NCBI GenBank assembly: GCA_964016885.1
Contig: OZ024746.1
Location: 43,648,001-43,712,000, forward strand
Length of the DNA stretch: 64,000 bases
Direction of reading: 5' to 3'
Source: Eledone cirrhosa
Lineage: Eukaryota
The position numbers and the translations under genes are program-made. Below, in pieces: positions 54,015 through 64,000 of the stretch. Numbering within the stretch: the stretch's first letter is position 1; each line of letters begins with the position of its first letter. A model generated the notes under the pieces. The model saw nothing but the letters and a program-made list of their open reading frames with translations. It did not search any database and had not been told where the DNA came from.

Positions 54015-54780
54015 CTAGCTGGCCCGTCCGGCTGGCGCCTGGCTAGGTATACCTGCTCCCACCACTCCACTGCAAATATACCACACCACCCTCCCATGTC
54101 ACATTGTCCTTCCGATTTTATAGCAAAGGGGAGGAGCTACCGTAGAAATGAGTTTAAAAAGAAAGAGTTAAGCTGTGTTGTTAATATACATACATACAAC
54201 CGGCAGCTTTATAAGTATAGATATGTATGTGTGTGTGTTTATGTATGTGGTCTATGTGCATGTGTGTGTGAGTGTTTGTTTTGATGTTATCCGGCAATTG
54301 GCTAAATCAGGTGTGAAAGTATGTGTGTGTGTGTGTGAGCGACGACAGAAGAAAGATATACCATACATTTTTTCAATCACCGCTACATTTGATCATACAC
54401 ATTGTTTTATTTCAAAATTATTTTAATGCCAATACTTGATTTAACGTCATTGGAAAAAATCGATCACTTGCTGGTCCCCCTCTGTCTCTCTCTCTCTCTC
54501 TGAATAACTAACACTTTAATTGTATCTCTCTCTCTAACGGCCTATCTCTCCTCTTTTCCCTTTCCTCTGTTTTTCTGTCTCTCTCTCTGTAGATTGTGTG
54601 TGTGTAGTTTTTCCTAATATTTCTCTAAATTTCCCTCTTTCTCTCTCTCTCTATGTGTATATATTGAAGGGAGATACGGAAACTAAAACAGTGTTGTCAT
54701 ATAGAGAGTGAAGAGCGACAGAGAGAGTAAAGCAGTTAAATTATAGAGAGGGGGAAGGATCTATTATAGAGAGATAGAGA
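54015..54780 (-). mobile_element. Putative non-autonomous Helitron-like element
   Basis: The minus-strand 3' end is a GC-rich hairpin (ccggc-tggc-gcc(t)gg, 54028-54042) about 9 nt before a terminal CTAG followed by T. Candidate 5' end TCTCTATCTCTCTATAATAG near 54780 is uncertain. No TSD. Confidence 0.6.
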
Positions 54781-57700
54781 GGAGAGAGAGAATTTAGCAG
54801 ACTGTTTAATATATCTTTGAAATAGAGGAACCTATTAATGAAGAGTGAATGTATACTCTTTTTATGAAGTAACATTTTACTTTCGTTTCTTTTTCTTTTA
54901 CATATAGAAAAATTTATATTTCATTTCTCAATTTGCCTTCTTTCTTCTTTTTTTAAAATCACTGATTTCTTTAATATTATGTCTGAATGTATACTAGCTT
55001 ATAAATTATTTGATCCAAATGCATATTTATATTTATGTGTTTATTTATCTTATAAGACTTAATAACTATTTCATATTTATTATTTTGTATACACATTAAA
55101 AAGAAATTAAAACTATAACATTGCCTTGTGTCATATTGGAAAAAAGTATACCTCAAAAGATTAACCATCGTAAAATGGGTAGCAACCTAGAAATAATATA
55201 TTCAAAGATTTCTAGAGAAGTATTTCTATTACAATTTTTAATTAAATTCCTTGTAGCTTATTCTGCTCAATATGACAAAGAATCAATAGTTTTATATTTT
55301 ATCAGCTGCCTTGGCATAATTCTAGGACATTTTGTGGTGATTACAAAATATAAATTCACAAGTATTTACCCATATGTATGCATTAATAAATAAAAAGATA
55401 TTTACAACATATATATTAATAAAACAATTCTGAGATAACAATATATGTGAACATTTGCAACCAAACAACTGTTTCATCACCTACAGTAATATAAAACTTT
55501 TATTTTTAAATTCGATTTGGTTGCCATATTGTCTGCAGGGTGATTCTGAAACACTTCCTTTTCTTTTGTTGTACTTAATTTCGTTTTTGTTTCTTCTTCA
55601 TCTTTTTTTGCATTATCGTTTTTGTTTCCTTATTGCCATTTATATTGTACTCTTTATACGCTTAATAAAGAACATATCTCATTTGCTCTCCTGATCTTAA
55701 ATGTCTTCAAACAAAAATATGGAGCTTTTTTATCATAATTCTTCCATGGTTTGTTTTAAAGTATTGTAATACATCAACAAAATAATTCTTCTAGGACCAC
55801 TATATAAGAATTCTGTTGCTCCAGCCCATTTAAAAATAAATGATACAGAATGTTTAAAAAGTAGCGTTTAAATTCATCACAATTTTTCAAAGAGTACAAT
55901 CATCTATACAAATACATTGATACACTGTTATATTCATTGGATATGATGAGGTCTAATAAAACAAAACTTAAGTTAAGATAATTTCTACTTTTGGAATCCC
56001 AAAAGGAACATAGATTAAATCAGACTATCTACATCATGTCCTGCACCCAAGAAATATTCTTTCTGAGTATCTCAGAAGCCAATTGCATTTACTGAAAAGT
56101 TTGAAAATTCATTGTCAGTCATGGAGATCATATACGTATAATTAATATGTAAGATTCTTGATGAAGCAGCAGTAACTACACTTGAAAAATACATTACCAT
56201 CATCATCATCATTTAATTATTTTCCATGCTTGTGTTGGTTAAGCAAGTTGTCATATAATGAGGCTAGACTGATCAGATGGCCACGTCCTGCTTGTACACT
56301 ATGTATTTGGTTTCTGTAGCTTGATGCACTTCCTAATGCTGATTACTTTACAGTGTGTACTTGGCGCATTTTATCTTGACTCCTTGATTATTCAACGTAT
56401 GCAACAGTGCATAGTAAAGTCACTTTAGGCAGCAACATATTAGATCTAATTATTTTCCTAATTTGAATTAGAAAATGTGAAATACCTGAAGAACAAGATC
56501 CAGTGCAATATACAAATACATTAAAAGGCAAAATGTCTCAAAGTTATAATGCAAGTTGTATTAATGCTGCTAAATTTGTGAAAAAGTCTTTAAATGTCTT
56601 CAGAGAAACTACAACATGATGAATACCTTCTTATGCAGATTTAAATAAATTTTCAGTAGGATTAAATAGGGATGATCATTCTCACCATCATCACCACCGT
56701 CACAACAACAATCCCCATGATATGATTTTTTCAAGATTAAATATATAAAGTTGAAAATTCAGTACAGAATGTAAGATCAGGAAACCAATTAAATTTACAA
56801 CAGTATTAGAGTTGATAATTCTTTTTTTCTAGTGTGGCCCACCTTATGCTTTAGCATAGCTCATATGGTTCACTGCTTTTAGAGTAATCATAGCAATATG
56901 AGATATATACATGTACCATATATGGGAAAGAAGACATTGAAAAAATGGAATATGATACTGATTTTGTGTATGTTTAATCACAAAAACCTGAATCTCAGAG
57001 AATTTATAAATTTTGTATGTGAGAGACAGTTGGATTGGCCATCTATTATTCAGTATTGCTTTCTAGAGAAGCAGAAAATATTTCAACTGGATAAGGTAAT
57101 TTGCCTATTGGTTATAATCTGCCAACTGTATACACATTATTTTGTGTTGGCATAATGATGAGAATTACATAAAGATTTGTTATTTCCATTGATAGTGGTG
57201 CACTTTAGGTTTTTAGCTTACGTTGAAGATTCATTGTTAGACCATATTCTGAAAATATCCAATTAGGGATGGTAATGAATAAATAAGTTGATCACAACTA
57301 ATCATTTGGTTCTGTACCTATGTACCTTATGTATGCTAGTTCAAGGTTTACATGGGGCTGAATTTAAATTGATAGATTATTAATAAAGAATAGCAATACA
57401 TATAACTGAATGAGTTAATCTTGTCAATCTTGATTACAAAGAATGATAGGGCTGGGGTGATATTCTAACAGTTGTCAATGATGGACTCAACAAGCCACAT
57501 GTCACACAGGTACCATACATACATTGAATGGCAAATGGAATGAGCTGACAATATGATCAATGGCCAACATAAAGAGGAATAAATCAAGTGCGTCACTTAG
57601 CTGGATACCCATGGTGGATGTGATTATATTGCCAGCAGTGATGAGCATGCAAGGTGTCCCATAACACAGATGTGCCAGAGGAAGAATTGAAAAAGCCTGT

Positions 57701-57959
57701 CTCTGGCACAACTATATCAAAGGTAGCATATATGTCCAGATTTACTAAGACCTAAGTTGATAATGAGGTGCATACCCTGAGAAATGTCTTGCTGCATGAC
57801 CATCTATCTCATATTCAAACTTAACCCCTACGCTGATTTCTACAGGACACCCTGCCTTGCTGAAGTCTCACATAACTGACAGTGGGGGATATGGTTGGGT
57901 GGAACCATTTACTTCCTTCTCAGACTAGGTTCAGAGAAAATTCAAGATTTGGAAAATAC

Positions 57960-58049
57960 AATAATTGTTTTTACATTTGGCACAAGGCCAGCAATTAACC
58001 AGTGCATTACTGGTACTTTATTTTATCGACCCCGTAAGGATGAAAGGCA
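57960..58049 (-). mobile_element. SINE family A, 3' fragment
   Basis: Reverse complement of the family A 3' half. Confidence 0.85.
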
Positions 58050-59741
58050 CTTTTAAAAAAGCTAAAGAGGTTTTATCAAATATATAATTGCTGTTTTGTA
58101 TCAATGATAGTTGTGCCGTTAGTTGAAGTAGTGGATTGATGTTAGTGTTACCATTGATGTACATGCTTCAGACATTAAGCTGGTTGAAGGAAAATTTAGT
58201 TGGCAATAAGTTTTTAAATACTTTCATTATAATGAGAATATGTCTCTCTAGTTATAAATATTTCAAAGAAAGAGTTTCTGATGAATGTTTTCAATGATTG
58301 TGGTCATATAAATTTGCACACACACACACACACGTGCATATACATACATTCAATTATATGCATTATAAGCATATTCATATTATATATATATTCATTTTTT
58401 TTTTATATATATATATAATAGAGAGAGAAATCGAGAGAGGCATATATAAATGCAAATATATAGATATTAGGATGCCCAAACACATACAGTTCAATATTCA
58501 TACTGAAAATAGTTTTAATTAAAAAAGAAAAGTCTTATTTGAAACTAAAGTGTTTGCTGATGAATTAAGAGTTACATTCTAATTTTTTTTTAAATATCCA
58601 AATCATTTTAACTGAAAGAGGTATTGAAATTCTTATTTAATTAATTGTGTATATTGTTAATTTGTGAAGAAATTTGAGGTTCCAGAAATTAATTTCACTT
58701 CACAAGCTATTGAATATGAGTTAAACATTATTTTTTAATTCAAATATTAATGAAGTAGAAATATAAGATATTTATAAGGAGAGACATTAAAATATGTGAT
58801 TATTATATTAGAAATGAATATCTATATAGCTATATTTGTATATATACAGAATAGAGGTAACTGAGACTGCATAAATGGGTATATAAATTTATACAATTTT
58901 AACATATTCTACTATAAATTGAGAAAGTGATACATTGAAAAGATTTTCAAACCTAACTGGATTTTCATCAGAAGGTGTGTATATCATCTAAATAATGAAA
59001 TATGTAGAATCCTAAAATGGATATAATAATATGTATATTTTTAGCACTCATGTTGATAGTTAATACGAAAAATATCAAATTGTGAGCTAAGCTGCTGAAG
59101 TATCTGTGTATATAGAAATATAACTTTATCATAAACTCTGGCTGCTTAGCAAGGTTTGAAAATTACTTAAAGGTATTTATCATTTTTTTCAATTTACAGG
59201 AAAATATGTATATTTAACATATTTACATATCTGTCTATACACTAGAACTGTGAAAAGTGTATTGCATTTACACAGTCTTGGTTACCTCTATGCTGTAGAT
59301 ATAGAAATATTCTGTGTATACTTGAATATAAGCCGATAGAACTATAAGCTTACCCTAATATTTTATGTCTGAGAATTTGGGAAAAATCCAAATCTTATTT
59401 TTGTAGAATTTGAATTTGGAGAAAATCATTAAAATATTGACCCCTTTCTACTATCGATTTTTTTATCACATATTCCTTAGCTTATATGGTAAATTTATCA
59501 TATACTATGACTGCTTAGCACACAATTTTATATGTATATATATGTATATATATATATATATATGTATTAATAAAAGGAATTCCAACTTTGTCTGATTTAC
59601 TCATTTTATTAACAATCGTTTAAAATTTATAATGGTATTAGAATGAAATCGTATGGTAGAATATTAAATGTTAAGTGTTAATTGAACAAGTACTTTCATG
59701 CTTTCGCAATCTTCAGGTTCATATTCTGTGGTGACAGTCAA

Positions 59742-60382
59742 GTTTATATGTGTTTGTTGTTATTGTGCTTGTGTATGTATTTATTTATTTATTTATTTAT
59801 TTATTTATACTTCTCTTAGTCAGTGTTGTTTGTTTGGGTGTTGTTGTTATTCCATTCATTTTTTCTGTTTAGCCTTGGCCTTCTAAGTTCTAACAACAAA
59901 TAAATAAATACATAAATACATACACAAGCACAATAACAACAAACACATAAACACACACTAGTAAACTAAGATAGAATACATTAATCAATACACAGTCACC
60001 CAAACAAGAACACACATCAAACAATACACTATACACACACGCAAACGCAGAGAAGACAAAAAAATAAACAAATAAATAAATAAACAGACGAAATAAAGAT
60101 GGCGTAAGCATACAATGCAACGGGAGGAAACATAATAGCACCACTGACGATGTTGCAGATGTGCAACGAAAGAACTTTGATAGACTATATGTATGTGATT
60201 GTGTCTATATTGTATCTGTATATTTGACCGTTGGTCAGTCAATGGTAACATTGAGAACCGAATAAATTAAATTAACCGATATAAAAGACACAGAAGCGAA
60301 AACCAACCAAACAGTGAGTGTGTTCTGTTATTAATTCTGGCAATATTATTACACAAATATGACCCTCCCCAAGTATAACAAT
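59742..60382 (+). mobile_element. Truncated Penelope-like (Naiad-type) tail copy with an inverted 5' segment
   Basis: 59897-60382 is the diverged reverse complement of 61333-61810. 59742-59890 matches 61760-61897 in the same orientation as that copy, i.e. inverted relative to the rest. Ends at a (TA)-rich tract. Confidence 0.88.
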
Positions 60383-60630
60383 ATACATATATATATATAT
60401 TGAAGGTAGCCAACCGGACTAGAAATTGGTAAATATTGGCCGCCTTCTTGTTTCTCTGCCTTTTCAGCCCCATGGATTGTTTCTATTATATTCCTTTGTT
60501 AAATTTCGAATACCTGATGGTGTCACTGGATTCATACTGAACCCGGTCATTAAAATGTTGACAGTATAAGAAACCTTTAAGGAATTACACCAGTCCAGCC
60601 TCCTGTTATTTTATAATTATATATATACTG

Positions 60631-60662
<32 letters not shown>

Positions 60663-60769
60663 CCTGTGTATGTGTGTGTGTATATATATATATATGTGTG
60701 TGTTTTTGTTTATGTGTATATATATGTGTGTGTATATATAGATATGTGTGTTTGTGTATATATATATAA

Positions 60770-61280
60770 AAGACTATGGTGGTTTGGAACTGGACATATA
60801 CCTATGAACTACATTCTATCCAGAATAGGTCTTAGTGATTCAGCTCAATGTTTTTGTGGTGAGTTTCCAAAAACTCTTTGGCACTATTTGTTCCAATGTA
60901 GATACTATCAGTCTGAGTGAGAGGTCATATTGAAGCCAATCTATAAAAAGCTACAAAGATTGGAAATTCGATATATGGTTTAAATGTCTACCAAATATAA
61001 ACAAAATCTTTGAGTACATGGAAGCTACGAAAAGATTGAACAACAGAAAATTCTAGCTGTCTTAGAGCTTACCTTGTTTCCTATTTTCCTTTTCTTACGC
61101 ATAATCTGCCTTCAATATTTGAAATTTTTATTTTTATTTCATTTTTTGTTTTTTTCGCCTTTTTATTTTATTTTTTTTATCTCACTATCTCATTTTGATT
61201 ACCAACTGTAAGGAGTAGTTGATACTTCCCCTAGTCTGTCATGGTCTAGCTCTATACAGATTCTTAAACTGATTAAATAT
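60770..61280 (+). mobile_element. 3' end of an I-group LINE (C-terminal CCHC knuckle and 3' UTR)
   Basis: TGHIPMNYILSRIGLSDSAQCFCG...HYLFQCRYY matches the TGH...C-x-C...H...C motif of I/Nimb/R1-like ORF2 ends. Confidence 0.7.
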
Positions 61281-61332
61281 CATCATCATCATCATCACCG
61301 TTTTACTCTGTTCTTCCACCCTGGCATGGGTT
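61280..61332 (-). mobile_element. RTE-type tail remnant with (GAT)n abutting the PLE 3' end
   Basis: Reverse complement reads cccatgccagggtggaagaacagagtaaaacggtgatgatgatg. Confidence 0.6.
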
Positions 61333-63495
61333 ATTGTTATACTGAGGGAGGGTCATATTTTTGTAATAATATTGCCAGAAATAATAACAGAACACACTCA
61401 CTGTTTGATTGGTTTTCGCTTCTGTATCTTTTATATTTCCACAGTTAATTCATTTGGTCCTCAATGTTTATTATTGACTGACCAATGATAAAAAATACAC
61501 ATATGAATAACAAAGTTGTTTCGTTGCAAATCTGCAACATCATCAGTGGTGCTATTATTATGTTCCTCCTGTTGTATTGTATGTCTATGCCATTTTTATT
61601 TTATCTGTTTATTTATATATTTATTTTTGTCTTCTTTGCGCATGTGTTTGTGCATGTGTATAGTGTTTGGTGTGTGTGTTCGTGTTTGGTGTGTGTGTGT
61701 GTTCGCGTTTGGGTGACTGTGTTTTGGTTATTGTATTCTATCCTAGTTTACTAGTGTGTGTTTATATGTGTTTGTTGTTATTGTGCTTGTGTATATATTT
61801 ATTTATTTATTTATATTTCTTTTAAGTCAGTATTGTTTGTTTGGGTGTTGTTGTTATTCCATTCATTTTTTTCTGTTTAGCTTTGGCTTTCTAAGCTCTA
61901 TTTCGCTTGCCTCTCTGATTTGCCTACCTGCTGGGTCACTTCTATGTTTAGATATCATTTTAATTTCTATGTTGTCTATGTTACCGTCATGTTGTTGTCT
62001 GGTGTGTTTGTATAGTACTGAATCGTTTTTTCATCCTTTTAATTCCCCCAGTGTTGGTCTATCCTTTCTCCTATGCTTCGAGCTGTCTCACCTATGTATG
62101 TTGTTGTCATGTTTCTGCAAGTACCCTCTGTACATCTTATGCTATAGACTACATTTCTAGTTTTACAGTTTATTTGGGGGTTTACTTTACATATAACACA
62201 TTTCCTATTAGTATAGTGGGTTTTCTTAAAAGGGTATGTTTTGCTGATCAGGGATTTTATGGTAGTTCCTGGCTTTTCTACCACTTTAATCTTTAAGTGG
62301 GTCTTTCTCAGGGCATTTCTACATTGGTTAGCTAATTTCCCTCCAGGGGTAGCGTCCACAAATATGACACTCTAGTATCTCTGGTTGTCGTACCATGAGA
62401 TGCCTTTCCCTATCTTATGTCTAGCCCTATCTAAGCTATTCCATGATTTGCTCCTGTATAATGGGCAAATTCCTTTCATGTCCAGTTCTATGAGGGTCTT
62501 ATACTTCTCCGTGGCTCCTTTGTATACTCTGATTCTGTCACTTTGGTTGTAGCCTGAGAACTGCATGCGGTTGATGAAGTGTTGGATATGTCTTTCCATT
62601 TCTGTTGGGTCGCACATGCGGGACACGTTCTTCATCATTCGTCCCAAGTCTGCGATCAGAATATTAAACTTAGCACTACTGGACATTGGTGAGTTTTTGA
62701 GTATCAGGTATTTGGAGGCCATGGGTTTAGCATAGTGTGAATGGAGAATTTAGGCCCTCTTGTCTCTAGTGTTAATCCAGAGTTCCGTGTCTAATACAGG
62801 TAGTCTATTGTTAGTGTGTTTGGAAGGGTAGTCGATAGTTACAGTTATACTCTGGTGTATGGAGTTAGCTATCTGCTGGATGCTTTCCATTGTGCTACAT
62901 TCTAAATCATATTTCTTAGTACTCTCTTGTGGGGGTGTCCTTATTACTATATTAATATTGTCTACGTAACGAGACTACATGATGAGGTCCATGGAGCTCT
63001 CATCAAGGAGATCTTTGAGTCTCCTTTCCCACCATACCATAAAAAGGTTGGCAGCTATGCTGACGCCAATGGCTGCTCCCTCATTTTGGGTGTAGATCTT
63101 TTCATTGAATTTGAATATATGGCCTTTTAGGGTAGTTTTAATACTAGCCCCTATTGCATGCATGACCATTTCTTACCTGATCATTATTTTTGGGGGTCCA
63201 TATGGCTTTGGTCCACCCAATCCACCTTCCCATGGGAGTCTTTTTTGCCATTGAGGTTATGGTGGGGGTGTCTACCTCTTATGGTTCTACTGGGGCAGAA
63301 ACGGCTAAGGTCATGGCTGTCTAGGTAGTCGGTGTCATAGGTAAGTCTAAGTAGGAGGCCCAGTTCATCTGTGTCTACATTGCGGAACTCCACCTCACTC
63401 TTACTGATCATCTCCACACCTTTTTCCACAGCGAAATCAATGTTAATGGATGGGTACAGTGATACCACCTCCATACTTCCTATTATGCAGTTAGA
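61333..63495 (-). mobile_element. 5'-truncated, inactivated Penelope-like element (RT plus C-terminal GIY-YIG endonuclease), Naiad-type
   Basis: RT: IIGSMEVVSLYPSI, IYTQNEGAAIG, RYVDNI (mutated YVDD), DYPSKH..RLPVLD, HYAKPMAS. Endonuclease: KCVIC..NCKTRNVVYSIRCTEGTC..YIGETARSIGER..QH, then after a frameshift SVLYKHTRQQH..RQIREA..LNRK. Several stops and frameshifts. Confidence 0.92.
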
Positions 63496-64000
63496 TATTA
63501 ATATATATGTATGGATTTAAATAAGAAGTCAACAAAATACATCATCAGAGACTGAAAACTATAATGAAATATTGTCTATATACAGGATGTTGCATGACTG
63601 TTTTCTTGTTATGTGTAGGAACGGTATCTTGTTGAAGCTTGAAACAACTAGGTCTCAATTTAAAGTTATGCCGTGAGTTGCGGATACTTCAAATTGGAAA
63701 CACAAGCTTGATATTTAAGAACAGACTGTCTCAGGTAATAGCCAATTTGTATAACTTAGCAATTTTCTGTACAATGAGGGAGATGCTGAAACTAATAGGA
63801 AGTGCAGAATCAGAAAGACCATAGTAATATTTAGTGAATGTACAAAATCTTATCTACTAACACAGTAGACACCAAGATCTACCAGTATAATACAATTGTG
63901 CTTCAAATGATATTATATGCAAGTGAGACTTATGAGAATGTCAGATATCTTTCAGCAAAGGTGTTCAAGGAAAAGCCTGAAAAATCTGTGTAATGATCCA

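Noticed and set aside
60144-60171. SECIS element in the PLE tail
   Set aside because: The stem above the tandem G-A pairs is only 6 bp and lacks the apical AA, and no in-frame TGA at cysteine positions was seen.

Overview
AT-rich eukaryotic, intron-like DNA with no prokaryotic operon or CRISPR structure. The SINE and LINE families look like those I recall from octopod cephalopods, but this is an inference and was not searched. The window appears to lie largely inside very long introns of an unidentified minus-strand gene, with two well-supported phase-0 exons at 33083-33241 and 2901-2966. It is packed with transposable elements: a near-full-length frameshifted RTE LINE, fragments of other RTE families, a CR1-clade LINE, a CRE-like LINE with a restriction-like endonuclease, an I-group 3' end, a Naiad-type Penelope-like element (PLE) with a hammerhead-like core in its tail, a Helitron-like non-autonomous element, a MITE, several tRNA-derived SINE families and microsatellites. 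The most unusual signal is a recurring architecture of non-coding inserts next to or inside (TA)n tracts. These combine an inverted copy with a terminally redundant (circularly permuted) unit at 8598-9709 and 10024-10926, with partial versions at 59742-60382 and about 21120-21725, suggesting non-autonomous PLE-mobilised or retrozyme-like units. Most short ORFs in the supplied track are not real genes.
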